From an uncultured Planctomycetaceae bacterium (GTDB taxonomy: Bacteria > Planctomycetota > Planctomycetia > Isosphaerales > Isosphaeraceae), in contig CAWIAD010000001.1 of NCBI GenBank assembly GCA_963833985.1, positions 2,720,001 to 2,784,000 on the forward strand: DNA of 64,000 nucleotides, given 5' to 3'. Positions 1-9,553 of the stretch are shown piece after piece (position 1 is the first letter of the stretch; the number at the start of each line of letters is the position of its first letter). The translations under genes were made by a program, and so were the position numbers. The notes beneath the pieces are model-generated. The model was not told the DNA's origin, did no database searches, and worked only from the letters and a program-made list of their open reading frames with translations.

Positions 1-2396
1 CGCGCCCGGTCGAGCACCGGAGCCGGCACGCCGGCCAGCCGGGCCACGTGGATGCCGTAACTTTGATCGGCGCCGCCGGGGACGATGCGGTGCAGGAAGA
101 CGATCTCGCCCTGGTTCTGGCTCACCGCCACGTTGGCGTTACGGAGCCGCGGCCTGGTCTTCTCGAGCTCGACCAGCTCATGATAGTGAGTGGCGAAGAG
201 CGTGCGGCAGCCGATCGCGTCGTGGATGTGCTCGGTGATGGCCCAGGCCAGCGAGATGCCGTCGAAGGTGCTGGTGCCACGCCCGATCTCGTCCAGGATC
301 ACCAGGCTGCGCGGGGTCGCGTTGTTGAGGATGTTCGCCGTCTCAGTCATTTCCACCATGAACGTGGACTGGCCCCGGCTCAGCTCATCGGTGGCGCCGA
401 CGCGGGCGAACAGGCGGTCGACGACGCCGATCCGCGCCCGCTTCGCCGGGACGAAGCTGCCGATCTGGGCGAGGATGGTCATGAGCGCGACCTGGCGGAT
501 GTAGGTGCTCTTGCCGGCCATGTTCGGGCCGGTGATGAGCACGATCGAGCCGCCATCGCCGCCGAGGCGGGTGTCGTTGGGGACGAAGTCGCCCGGCGGC
601 AGGAGCGCGTCCAGGACCGGATGGCGGCCGGCCTCGACCTCGAACAGCGGTTCCTCCGTCAGCTCCGGCCGGCAGTACCCGTGGCGCGCCGCCAGCTCCG
701 CAAGCGCAGCGAGGACGTCGAGCTGGGCCAGCACCGACCCCGCCTGGATCAATCGGGGCGCGTCGGCCGAGACGCGGTCGCGCAGCGTCGTGAACAGCTC
801 ATACTCCAGTGCGTTGGCCCGCTCATGGGCGGTGCGGACCTCGTTCTCGAACTCCTTGAGCTCGGGGGTGAAGTAGCGTTCGGCGTTCTTGACGGTCTGC
901 TTGCGGATGTAGTCCGCCGGTACCTCGCCACGCTGGGCCTGGGCGTGCGTGATCTCGATGTAATAGCCGAAGACCTGGTTGAACCCGACCTTCAGCCCCG
1001 GAATTCCGGTGCGGCGGACCTGCTCGGCCTGGTAGCTGGCAATCCAGCCCTTGCCATCTCTGGAGACCGAATGCAGGCGGTCGAGCTCGGGGTGATAACC
1101 CTTACGAATGAGGCCGCCCTCCTTGAGGGTCAGCGGCGGATCGTCGACCAGGGCCGACTCGATGGCCGCCCGGACCTCGGGGCAGAGCTCCAGCGCCCCC
1201 TCGAGCTGCGTCAGCCGCGCGGAGCGGCGTGCCGTCAGCCGCGCCTTCACCCGCGGCAGCAGAGCCAGCGTACGCGCCAGCGCGGCCAGGTCACGCGGGG
1301 TGGCGCGGGCAGTGGCCACGCGGGCGGCCAGACGCTCCAGGTCGTATCCTTCACCCAGCAGGTCGCGCAGCTCCCCGCGCAGGGCCGAATCGCGCACCAG
1401 CTCCTCCACGGCCCCGGAGCGCTCGGCAATCAGCTCCACGGAGGTCAGGGGCGAGGTCAGGTAATCGGCCAGCAAGCGCGCGCCCATCGGCGTCACGGTC
1501 CGGTCGATCACGTGCAGCAGCGAACCCTCGCGCCTGGCCTCGCGCAGGGTGCGTGTCAGCTCCAGGCTGCGGCGGGTCATCTCGTCAAGGCCCAGCGTGT
1601 CTGCCTTGCGGTAGGGAGTCAAGCGGATGATGTGTCCCAGCGACGCTTTCTGGGTCTCACGCAGGTAGGCGATCAGTGCGCCGGCCGCCTGCACTTCGAG
1701 CGCCCGGTCGTCCACGCCGAAGCCGTCCAGGGTGGTGGTGCCGAACTGCTCGTAGAGTGTCTTGCGCGCCTCTTCAGGCTGGAAGTCCCATGAAGGGCGG
1801 ATCGTCACCGGCCGTGCCGAGGATGCGCGCAGGGCACGCAGCCAGGGGGCCTCGACGGAAAGCTCGGAGACGAGAGTCTCGGCGGGGCTCAGGCGTCCCA
1901 TCTCGTCGGCAAGCTCATGCCGGAGCAGCCCGGTCAGGGAGAACCGCCCGGTGGAGAGCTCGACCCAGGCCAGGCCCAGCTTCGTCCCGGACTCCACCAC
2001 CGCGGCGAGGTAATTGGACGTCCGCGGATCGAGCAAGGCCTCGTCGGTCAGGGTGCCGGGCGTCACGATGCGCACGATGTCTCGCTTGACGAGCCCCTTG
2101 GCCAGCCTGGGATCCTCCAGTTGCTCGCAAACCGCGGCACGAAGCCCGGCCTGGACAATGCGGGCCAGGTACGATTCCAGCGCGGGGTGGGGAAAACCCG
2201 CCATGGGAATGGCTTGCTCGCCCTTGTCGCGGTCGCGCGTGGTCAGCGCGATACCCAGCAGGGCCGACGCACGCTCGGCATCCTCGCCGAAGAGCTCGTA
2301 GAAATCTCCCATCCGGAAGAGCAGCAACGCATCGGGATCGCGCGCCTTGAGCTCGCGATACTGCTGCATCATCGGCGTGATGGAGGGCTCGCTCAT
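1..2396 (-). CDS. mutS: DNA mismatch repair protein MutS (3' end runs off the window)
   Basis: Manual translation of the minus strand: N-terminus MSEPSITPMMQQYRELKARDPDALLLFRMGDFYE, Walker A ITGPNMAGKSTYI, GQSTFMVEM, LDEIGRGTSTFDG and FATHYHEL. Missing from the ORF track because there is no stop in the window. Confidence 0.97.
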   Translation of the reverse strand, partial: MSEPSITPMMQQYRELKARDPDALLLFRMGDFYELFGEDAERASALLGIALTTRDRDKGEQAIPMAGFPHPALESYLARIVQAGLRAAVCEQLEDPRLAKGLVKRDIVRIVTPGTLTDEALLDPRTSNYLAAVVESGTKLGLAWVELSTGRFSLTGLLRHELADEMGRLSPAETLVSELSVEAPWLRALRASSARPVTIRPSWDFQPEEARKTLYEQFGTTTLDGFGVDDRALEVQAAGALIAYLRETQKASLGHIIRLTPYRKADTLGLDEMTRRSLELTRTLREARREGSLLHVIDRTVTPMGARLLADYLTSPLTSVELIAERSGAVEELVRDSALRGELRDLLGEGYDLERLAARVATARATPRDLAALARTLALLPRVKARLTARRSARLTQLEGALELCPEVRAAIESALVDDPPLTLKEGGLIRKGYHPELDRLHSVSRDGKGWIASYQAEQVRRTGIPGLKVGFNQVFGYYIEITHAQAQRGEVPADYIRKQTVKNAERYFTPELKEFENEVRTAHERANALEYELFTTLRDRVSADAPRLIQAGSVLAQLDVLAALAELAARHGYCRPELTEEPLFEVEAGRHPVLDALLPPGDFVPNDTRLGGDGGSIVLITGPNMAGKSTYIRQVALMTILAQIGSFVPAKRARIGVVDRLFARVGATDELSRGQSTFMVEMTETANILNNATPRSLVILDEIGRGTSTFDGISLAWAITEHIHDAIGCRTLFATHYHELVELEKTRPRLRNANVAVSQNQGEIVFLHRIVPGGADQSYGIHVARLAGVPAPVLDRA

Positions 2397-2592
2397 GCAA
2401 GGGAGAGCTGAAGGGAACGAGAGAGACACGCGCCTCCGCGAATCCGGCGAAGGAAGAATCGGCCGGGAGCCGGATCGGTGCAGGCACCGGAAAAGCTAAT
2501 GACGACCCACACCCTGGAGGGGGTGGACCGTCATGTTCAATAAAGCCTGCCGGGTTGTGCCAGAAAACGACAAGGTGACCACGCGCGGGAGA

Positions 2593-2952
2593 TCAAAACT
2601 TGTCGAGCGCCGACTGCTCTTCCGGATAGATCTCGAAAACCTGGTCGAGCCTGGTGATCCGGAAGACTTCGAGCAGGTCCGGATGGATACAGCAGAGCTT
2701 CAGCTTGCCCTTGACCGCGGCAACTTTCTTCTTGAGGTTGATCAGCTTGCCAAGCGCGGCACTGGAGAGATACTGCACATTACCGAAATTGAGCAGGATG
2801 TTCTTGTGACCCTCGTCCTCGACCAGGCTGTAAAGCTGCTCGCCCACTTCCTGGATCTGTTCTTCGGTCACGATCTTGGTATCGACAAAACTGACAACCG
2901 TCACTCCGTCGACGTTTTCCAGTCGGAGGAGACGGCGAGGGCCTTGCGACAT
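2593..2952 (-). CDS. STAS-domain protein (anti-sigma factor antagonist, SpoIIAA/RsbV-like), copy 1
   Basis: 119 aa starting MSQGPRR; ILLNFGNVQYLSSAALGKL and VFRITRLDQVFEIY match the STAS pattern. Confidence 0.9.
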   Translation of the reverse strand: MSQGPRRLLRLENVDGVTVVSFVDTKIVTEEQIQEVGEQLYSLVEDEGHKNILLNFGNVQYLSSAALGKLINLKKKVAAVKGKLKLCCIHPDLLEVFRITRLDQVFEIYPEEQSALDKF

Positions 2953-3188
2953 CGGGAAACTCCTGTCGGGGACGGGAACCGAACCAGACCCAGCCAATTG
3001 GACTTTTGTGAAGGCCGGTCCCGCACGCGGGCCTCGAAGGCGCAGCACCGGAAAAGAATCGAAGAACCCACCGAGGCGAGAACCCTGCGTTCACACCACA
3101 CTTACCAGAAAGCGCCGGGGAATCAAGAGTCCACCCGGAAAAGATGTTCCGGCGACGCAGGCTGGCGCGATTGCCGCCGGAATGCGGT

Positions 3189-3548
3189 TCAGAACTTGTT
3201 CAGCGCGGCCTGCTCCTCGGCATAGATCTCGAACACCTTGTCCAGACCGGTAAGCTTGAAAGGTACCATCAGGTCCGGGTGAATACAGCAGAACTTGAGC
3301 TTACCCTTGGTTGCATCAACGCGCCTTTTCAGGCTGACCAGCTTGCCCAGGAAGGTCGAGGAGCAGTACTGCACGTTGCCAAAATTGAGCAGGATCTTCT
3401 TCTTGCTTCCCTCTTCAGGCAATGCGTAGAGCTCGTCGCCGGTTTCCTGAATCTGATCCTCCGTGACGATCTTCGTTTCGGTGAAGCTGACGACGTGGAC
3501 GCCGTCCACATTCTCGACCCGGAGGCGGGGACGCGGACCCGAGGACAT
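3189..3548 (-). CDS. STAS-domain protein, copy 2
   Basis: 119 aa starting MSSGPRP; aligns without gaps to copy 1 at about 68% identity (hand count); motif YCSSTFLG. Confidence 0.9.
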   Translation of the reverse strand: MSSGPRPRLRVENVDGVHVVSFTETKIVTEDQIQETGDELYALPEEGSKKKILLNFGNVQYCSSTFLGKLVSLKRRVDATKGKLKFCCIHPDLMVPFKLTGLDKVFEIYAEEQAALNKF

Positions 3549-3732
3549 GGGAAAATTCTCCTGCGGACCATGATGAAGCATGCGGCGTGCGCGGCGGTCA
3601 CTCCGGAGCGAACCGGAAACGGCCTCACAACCCGGGGCATTCCACGATTGTAACCCAAGGAGCACCACGCCGTCTGCCTGCTTTCACAACAAGAACGCAA
3701 GCGGCGCGCACCGCCGGCCGCGCCTCGGCAAC

Positions 3733-3772
3733 ATCCAGGAAATTCAGACCCGATCCAGGAACTTCAGACCCG
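3733..3772 (+). repeat. 20-bp tandem direct repeat, 2 copies
   Basis: ATCCAGGAAATTCAGACCCG followed by ATCCAGGAACTTCAGACCCG, 1 mismatch. Confidence 0.85.
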
Positions 3773-3791
3773 GGGCCTTTCCGGGTAGAAT
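3763..3791 (+). promoter_or_regulatory. putative sigma70 promoter of queF
   Basis: TTCAGA-N17-TAGAAT, about 90 bp upstream of the queF ATG. Confidence 0.45.
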
Positions 3792-3881
3792 GAGAAATGG
3801 CCCCTTCCCTTGCGGTCGAAGGTCACGGCTGCGGCCGGGTCGGTGCCGGGTGCATCAACGTCGGAGGATGGGTTCAATCGC

Positions 3882-4232
3882 ATGGCATCCGCAGTGGAAT
3901 CGTTTCCCAACCAGTTCCCGGACCGCGAGTATGAGATCGAGATCACGGCTCCGGAGTTCACCGCCGTCTGTCCCAAGACCGGTCAGCCCGATTTTGGAAC
4001 CATCGTCGTCACGTATGTGCCGTCCAAACATTGCCTGGAACTGAAGAGCCTGAAGCTGTACTTGTTCGGCTATCGCGACCGCGGCATCTTCTACGAGCAT
4101 TCCGTGAACACGATCCTGGACGACCTGGTCGCCTCTTGCCAGCCGGTTCGGATGAAGGTTGTCGGGCATTTCAACCCGCGCGGGGGTATGACCTCGCGCA
4201 TCACAGCCGCCTACGAGGCGGCCCGGGAGTGA
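3882..4232 (+). CDS. queF: NADPH-dependent 7-cyano-7-deazaguanine (preQ0) reductase QueF, type I
   Basis: PEFTAVCPKTGQPDFG, ELKSLKLYL and FNPRGG motifs. Confidence 0.95.
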   Translation: MASAVESFPNQFPDREYEIEITAPEFTAVCPKTGQPDFGTIVVTYVPSKHCLELKSLKLYLFGYRDRGIFYEHSVNTILDDLVASCQPVRMKVVGHFNPRGGMTSRITAAYEAARE

Positions 4233-4314
4233 TCGCCCGCGGAAGGTCAGCAACGCGGAAGGGTGGGAAGATTCGGCCCGGCACCTGGTCATGATCTCAC
4301 AAGGCGTTTCATCC

Positions 4315-5118
4315 ATGAAAGCCGGAATTCTCACCCTGACGACCGACTTCGGTATCAGCGGTCCCTACGTGGCGGCCATCAAGGGAGTGCTGCTCGGGCT
4401 GGCCCCGGACGCCCAGCTCGTGGACGTCTGCCACACCATCTCACCTCAGAATATCCTGGAAGGTGCCTTCGTGCTGGCCGGAATCGTCGACGCCTTCCCC
4501 GCGGGGGCCGTCCACCTGGCCGTCGTCGATCCGGGCGTGGGGACGGACCGTCGCCTGGTTGCGGCCAGGCTCGCTGATCAATGGTTCGTTCTGCCCGACA
4601 ATGGACTCATCACCGGGCTGGCACAGAACCGTCCCTACCAGGGAATCTGGGAGCTCGCCAACCCCGACCTGCGTCGGCCTACCGTGTCCAATACCTTCCA
4701 TGGCCGCGACATCCTGGCGCCAGCGGCCGCTCATCTGCTGCTCGGCGGCGACCCTGATATGCTGGGACCTCGGCTCTCGTCGCTCATCACCTTGCGCAAC
4801 TTTCAACCCATGGCCGACGGATCCAGCTTCGTGGGCGAGGTGATCTTTCGTGATACGTTCGGCAACCTCATCACCAACGTGCACGTGAGCCAGCTCACCG
4901 GGCCGCCTGATGACTGGATGGTCGAGATCGCTGGCGAACGCATCGACGGCCTCGCGCGCACCTATGGCGAGAAGCACACCGGTGCGCTCGTGGCCCTGGC
5001 CGGCAGCTCCGGGTGGATCGAGGTCGCGATCGTCAACGGCGACGCGGCCAGACACCTCACCGCGGGGGCGGGCACAACTGTCTGGCTGCGACGCAAGTGT
5101 GGAACTGCCGCTTCCTGA
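4315..5118 (+). CDS. SAM hydrolase / SAM-dependent halogenase family (DUF62)
   Basis: LTLTTDFG, VVDPGVGT, PDNGL, SNTFHGRDI and DTFGNLITN motifs. Confidence 0.92.
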   Translation: MKAGILTLTTDFGISGPYVAAIKGVLLGLAPDAQLVDVCHTISPQNILEGAFVLAGIVDAFPAGAVHLAVVDPGVGTDRRLVAARLADQWFVLPDNGLITGLAQNRPYQGIWELANPDLRRPTVSNTFHGRDILAPAAAHLLLGGDPDMLGPRLSSLITLRNFQPMADGSSFVGEVIFRDTFGNLITNVHVSQLTGPPDDWMVEIAGERIDGLARTYGEKHTGALVALAGSSGWIEVAIVNGDAARHLTAGAGTTVWLRRKCGTAAS

Positions 5119-5193
5119 CGCCAGGGGAGTGGTCAGGGTGAGCGAACGACTGATTCTTTCACCAGGCCAACCCGCCCGAACGGGTTCGCTCGC

Positions 5194-6333
5194 ATGAACA
5201 GGAGCCAGACGCCGATGTCGGCCAGCTCGATGAACTCATCCTCCTCGACGCCTTTCCCGGACCAGGCCCCGGCGAGCCACTCCGGCGAGGAACCGGCGCC
5301 AGTGACGATCCGGCAGGTTTCCCCGCGACCGCCCCAGGACATTTCCAAGCCGGCCACCTCCAGCGCCGACGACCTGAGCCTGCTGCTCGCTCAGTCGGCA
5401 CCCGACCCCTATCTGGCCGAGGGCGGCGGGCCCGGCGAGCCGGCGAGCGGCGGGCGCCCGGGCGGCGAGGCGAGTGGCATCGAACCGGTCTCGCCACTCG
5501 ATCCGCTCAGCACTCCGGCATCGGCGATTGACGTCGCTTTCGCTCCGTCGCCGGACGCGGACGTTCATCCGCAGCTCAAATCGCATCGGGCCGGCTCGCG
5601 CTCGCCTCGACAACCGGAACCGGACGAGCCCGAAACGGTGCGCATTTCCTGGCCGATGCTGTTGATCTCCAGCTACGCGAGTGCTCTCACCCTGGCCATC
5701 GCTTATCTGCTCTTCACCGGACGGAGCCTGCCGCGCATCGTCTTCGGTCCCGCCACGGAGCCGGCGGCAGCCGTTCCGGAACCCCGCGGCAAGTCGGCAC
5801 CCAGGGCCGCCATTCATCTCGATCCTCTGCCCGCCTCGAACATCACCGACCTGACCAGGTCGACGCGCCTGGGAGACCTGGAGATCAAGCCGCGGTCGAT
5901 CGCCCACCGCCCCATCGATCTGATCCGGCTGCAAGGAACCGCCGAGGGCGAACGCCAGACGCCGGCCACTTTGGTGCTCACGCTCGAGTTCACCAACGTC
6001 TCCAGCGACCAGAGCTTCGCTCCGCTCGATCCCGCCATGGTACGCGAGACCTCGCCGGGCCCGGCGGAGTCGTTCATCGAGCTTGGCTCCGGGCGCAGGC
6101 TCACTCTGTTCCGGCTGGCCATGGAAAGCGAATGGTCGATCCCGGACCAGTCGTTCCCGACACTCCGCCCGGGAGAGTCGGTTGAGACCGTTCTGGTGAG
6201 CGAGCCGGTCGAGATGACTGACCTGGCCGGGACGATGACCTGGCGGATCAAGCTGCGCACCGCCCCCTACCGGACCGACGTGCTCGGCGTCCGGTTTGAC
6301 TCCGACCAGGTGGCCGTAGAAAGCCTTGATTGA
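5194..6333 (+). CDS. hypothetical membrane-anchored protein: disordered Pro-rich N-terminus, 1 TM, beta-rich C-terminal domain
   Basis: 379-aa ORF with hydrophobic segment LLISSYASALTLAIAYLLF. Start is uncertain. Confidence 0.7.
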   Translation: MNRSQTPMSASSMNSSSSTPFPDQAPASHSGEEPAPVTIRQVSPRPPQDISKPATSSADDLSLLLAQSAPDPYLAEGGGPGEPASGGRPGGEASGIEPVSPLDPLSTPASAIDVAFAPSPDADVHPQLKSHRAGSRSPRQPEPDEPETVRISWPMLLISSYASALTLAIAYLLFTGRSLPRIVFGPATEPAAAVPEPRGKSAPRAAIHLDPLPASNITDLTRSTRLGDLEIKPRSIAHRPIDLIRLQGTAEGERQTPATLVLTLEFTNVSSDQSFAPLDPAMVRETSPGPAESFIELGSGRRLTLFRLAMESEWSIPDQSFPTLRPGESVETVLVSEPVEMTDLAGTMTWRIKLRTAPYRTDVLGVRFDSDQVAVESLD

Positions 6334-6895
6334 GCGCCTTTGCGGTCGGCCGGCTGCTGAGGAGTGTGCCGCGCGGTCGAACTCGGCGTGACGACCTCGG
6401 CGCCGTCCTGAACCGCTGCTGCAAGTTCTGTTGCCACTCCGCCCATCCGGGCAGTCGCTCCCGAAGCTCCTCGGCCTGGCCGTTCTGCGGCGGACTGGCG
6501 AACTTCCAGCGATCGGCCGTGACCAGAAGCTGGATGAGCGTTGCGAAGTGCTCCTCGCCGAGCGCCTGCCTGACCGCGCCGTCGCCGGAAATCTCCTCCG
6601 TGGTGCGGGCTCGCAACGCCGGGCCGAACCGTGACGCCAGCGTCTCCCGCGCCTGCAAGGCCAGGCTCACAAGCTGACCGTCGGCCGTCTCTGGAACGGG
6701 AACCGGGACGACCGACACCGGCAGGCCCCGCGCCCGACGCCTGCGGATCCAGATCCAGAACGCCAGGGCCAGCAGTGCAATCAGCAGTGACCCGGCGGGG
6801 AGCAAGCGCCCACCGACGGACCTGGCCTCGGACCACGGCTCGGGACCGGGATTGGGGCGGGGAAGGACAATGACGCGCGCGTTCTCTTCGTTCAA
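6248..6895 (-). CDS. hypothetical single-TM protein downstream of DUF58
   Basis: TTG start overlaps the DUF58 stop (TTGA); TM LLIALLALAFWIWI followed by RRRR, as often seen in genes following DUF58. Confidence 0.6.
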   Translation of the reverse strand: MNEENARVIVLPRPNPGPEPWSEARSVGGRLLPAGSLLIALLALAFWIWIRRRRARGLPVSVVPVPVPETADGQLVSLALQARETLASRFGPALRARTTEEISGDGAVRQALGEEHFATLIQLLVTADRWKFASPPQNGQAEELRERLPGWAEWQQNLQQRFRTAPRSSRRVRPRGTLLSSRPTAKALNQGFLRPPGRSQTGRRARRSGRGRCAA

Positions 6896-7824
6896 TGGAC
6901 ACCTCGGCGAGTCGATCGGCGGGAGAACAGCTCGATCAGGGAAAGGATCGGCTCGACCTCCGTGGACAGGGAATAGCCATCCACGCCAACGCTGGCGCAC
7001 CAGCGATGAAACGTCTGCTGCCGTTCACGCGCCCGCCGCGCGTAGTCGGCCCGTTGCGACTTGAGCGAGGAATCGATGAGCTGGACCTTGCCGGTCTCGG
7101 CTTCCTCCAGTGCCAGCAGCCCGGCGGCGGGAAGCTGCTGCTCCAGCCCGCTGACGATACGCATCGCGATGGCATCGTGCCGCCGAGCCGTGCGCCGCCA
7201 GAGGCCGACCGGCTCGTCCGTGTCGAAATCGCTGAGGACGATGACCATGGACCGGTGCGCCGCCCGGCGCACCCGCGAGAGCCCGACCCCGAGCTGCGTC
7301 TTGAGCGAGGTGGTCGGCGTGGCGACGAGGGCGCGGACGATCTGCGAGAGATGGCGGATGCCGCCGGCGGGCGCCAGCTCGACCTCGATGCGATCGCTGA
7401 CCATGAGCAGACCCACGCGGTCACCGTTGTGCACGGCCGCGGTGGCCAGCAGGGCGGCGGCCTGAGCGGCCCGGTCGGCCTTGGTGCGGCCCTCCAGGCC
7501 GAACCGCATGCTGGCGGAGACGTCGAGCACCAACCAGAGCGTGAGCGACCGCTCCTCGACGAACCGGCGCACGAACGGCTTGCCCTGCCGGGCCGTGACG
7601 TTCCAGTCGATGTGCCGGACGTCGTCTCCAGGCTCATAAGCACGCAACTCGGCAAACGTCAGCCCCACGCCGGGCCGTGCTCCATGATAGGCCCCCGCCA
7701 GTTGCGTGACCGCCTCCGGCCGCACCCGGAACCGCAGTCGCCGCGCCCTGCGGATGATCTGTGCGGCATCGATGGCGGAAACGGCGGGCTGCTTTGGTCT
7801 TTTGCTGCGGAACGGCCAGATCAT
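6892..7824 (-). CDS. DUF58 family protein (MoxR-associated, vWA-like)
   Basis: GLTFAELRAYEPGDDVRHIDWNVTAR, LVLDVSASMRFG, GDRVGL and VLSDF motifs. Confidence 0.93.
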   Translation of the reverse strand: MIWPFRSKRPKQPAVSAIDAAQIIRRARRLRFRVRPEAVTQLAGAYHGARPGVGLTFAELRAYEPGDDVRHIDWNVTARQGKPFVRRFVEERSLTLWLVLDVSASMRFGLEGRTKADRAAQAAALLATAAVHNGDRVGLLMVSDRIEVELAPAGGIRHLSQIVRALVATPTTSLKTQLGVGLSRVRRAAHRSMVIVLSDFDTDEPVGLWRRTARRHDAIAMRIVSGLEQQLPAAGLLALEEAETGKVQLIDSSLKSQRADYARRARERQQTFHRWCASVGVDGYSLSTEVEPILSLIELFSRRSTRRGVH

Positions 7825-8147
7825 GGTGGGCCCAGGTCGAGGTTGCCGAAATGCGGTCCAGGAGATGCTCAGCACCATCGGGCAGCCAAAGCACGCCCTG
7901 GTCCATCCTAACCAGTTCGGTCCCTGTGAGCGACTGCCTCCAGAGACCCTGACCGAGCGCATACGCTCTCGCCCTGTTGGGACAGGGTTATCGCCCGAGC
8001 CGAAATGGCGACGTCGCGTCTCACTTGAATCTGGCGGCCCGGCCTCCCCACCCCTCGCGAAGCGATCGCGTCCTCGCTTCGGATCGTTCGCCTCATGAAA
8101 TGACGGGTCATGACTGCATTAGTCTAGCCGAGAGGGATCAGGAGCGA

Positions 8148-8768
8148 TCAGGAAGGTCCTGGCCCGTTCGGGTCGGCCGGGGTGGCACGCGGCTCTTCGG
8201 CAGAAATGCGGCGTGGCAGGATGTCGCTCAGGGCACAGCGGAAGCCCGGAATCACGTCCTCGCCGGAGAGGACGTCGGCCTCGTCCAGCCGGACGGGCGG
8301 TCCGTCGGGGCGGAAGACCCATGCCCTGCGTGCTTTCGGGTAGATGACCCAGACCAGGGGCACGCCGGCCTGCTGGTAGTCCTCCAGCTTCTCCTCGAGT
8401 TCCTCGGCCGCATCGTGGGGAGAGACGACCTCGACGGCCAGGTCGGGGGGGATCCTCACCCAGCCCTCCGGCGAGACATCGCCGGGCAAGCGCCCACGCC
8501 GGACGAACGAGACATCGGGCTTGCGCACCCGGCCGGGAGCGTGAGCGAAGCACTGGTAGCCGTTGTCGGCACCCCAGACCAGCCCCAGGCGAGACTCGTC
8601 GCAGAACCGATCCAGACGAGAACAGAGTTGCGTTCCAACCCGGCTCGATTCCGCTCCCATGTTTCGCTCCACCAGTCGGCCATCGACCAGTTCATAACTC
8701 TTGCCATCAGGCATGGCCAGCAGGTCTTCCGGCGTGTAGCGGGTTTGGGTGGCAACGGCCGTGCTCAT
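8148..8768 (-). CDS. Uma2 (DUF820) family PD-(D/E)XK endonuclease-like protein, copy A
   Basis: YELVDGRLVE, RKPDVSFV, PDLAVEVVSP, KLEDYQQAGVPLVWVIYP and LSGEDVIPGF motifs. Confidence 0.93.
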   Translation of the reverse strand: MSTAVATQTRYTPEDLLAMPDGKSYELVDGRLVERNMGAESSRVGTQLCSRLDRFCDESRLGLVWGADNGYQCFAHAPGRVRKPDVSFVRRGRLPGDVSPEGWVRIPPDLAVEVVSPHDAAEELEEKLEDYQQAGVPLVWVIYPKARRAWVFRPDGPPVRLDEADVLSGEDVIPGFRCALSDILPRRISAEEPRATPADPNGPGPS

Positions 8769-8811
8769 GGTCCGGCTCCGTCGTGACGGGAGTCATAGTG
8801 CGAACAACAGC

Positions 8812-8820
8812 ATTCTACCA
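8812..8820 (-). promoter_or_regulatory. extended -10 promoter of Uma2 copy A (identical element at 9597-9605 for copy B)
   Basis: TGGTAGAAT (TGn-TAGAAT) on the minus strand, about 44 bp upstream of the ATG. Confidence 0.55.
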
Positions 8821-8932
8821 TCGCCCCGCTCCACCCGGGAGACGCACGGCGCATTCGCTCTCTGGCATCCCACAACGCGGGCGGCCCCAACCGTGCCAAA
8901 CGTGCGCCATGACCAGTTCGAGCGGGGAGCGA

Positions 8933-9553
8933 TCAGGAAGGTCCCGGCCCGTTCGGGTCGGCCGGGGTGGCACGCGGCTCTTCGGCAGAAATGCGGCGTG
9001 GCAGGATGTCGCTCAGGGGACAGCGGAAGCCCGGAATCACGTCCTCGCCGGAGAGGACGTCGGCCTCGTCCAGCCGGACGGGCGGTCCGTCGGGGCGGAA
9101 GACCCATGCCCTGCGTGTTTTCGGGTAGATGACCCAGACCAGGGGCACGCCGGCCTGCTGGTAGTCCTCCAGCTTCTCCTCGAGTTCCTCGGCCGCATCG
9201 TGGGGAGAGACGACTTCGACGGCTAGGTCGGGGGGGATCCTCACCCAGCCCTCCGGCGAGACATCGCCGGGCAACCGCCCGCGCCGGACGAACGAGACAT
9301 CGGGCTTGCGGACCCGGCCGGGAGCGTGAGCGAAGCACTGGTAGCCGTTGTCGGCCGGCCAGAAATGCCCCAGGTGGTGCTCCTCGCAGAACGATCCAAG
9401 GCGCAGCAGCAAGCGCCCCGCGACCTCACTCGATTCCGCTCCCATGTTTCGCTCCACCAGTCGGCCATCGACCAGTTCATAACTCTGACCATCGGGCATG
9501 GCCAGCAGGTCTTCCGGCGTGTAGCGGGTTCGGGTGGCAACGGCCGTGCTCAT
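8933..9553 (-). CDS. Uma2 (DUF820) family endonuclease-like protein, copy B
   Basis: Same motifs, 206 aa; 18 aa differ from copy A, 14 of them within one 24-aa stretch. Confidence 0.93.
   Translation of the reverse strand: MSTAVATRTRYTPEDLLAMPDGQSYELVDGRLVERNMGAESSEVAGRLLLRLGSFCEEHHLGHFWPADNGYQCFAHAPGRVRKPDVSFVRRGRLPGDVSPEGWVRIPPDLAVEVVSPHDAAEELEEKLEDYQQAGVPLVWVIYPKTRRAWVFRPDGPPVRLDEADVLSGEDVIPGFRCPLSDILPRRISAEEPRATPADPNGPGPS

Noticed and set aside
48..1793. 581-aa plus-strand ORF and similar long antisense ORFs (e.g. 23155-25875, 14616-16253, 57561-58982)
   Set aside because: Antisense shadows of real genes, common in high-GC DNA; no recognisable motifs.
3790..3881. preQ1 riboswitch upstream of queF
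   Set aside because: No recognisable preQ1-I stem with an A-rich tail.
8890..8925. 36-bp unique spacer between the Uma2 repeats as a CRISPR-like spacer
   Set aside because: The flanking repeats are 749-bp gene units, there is only one spacer, and there are no cas genes.
8571..9428. Uma2 variable segment as a diversity-generating retroelement VR/TR pair
   Set aside because: Differences involve all four bases rather than template adenines, both copies are intact genes, and no reverse transcriptase is in the window.
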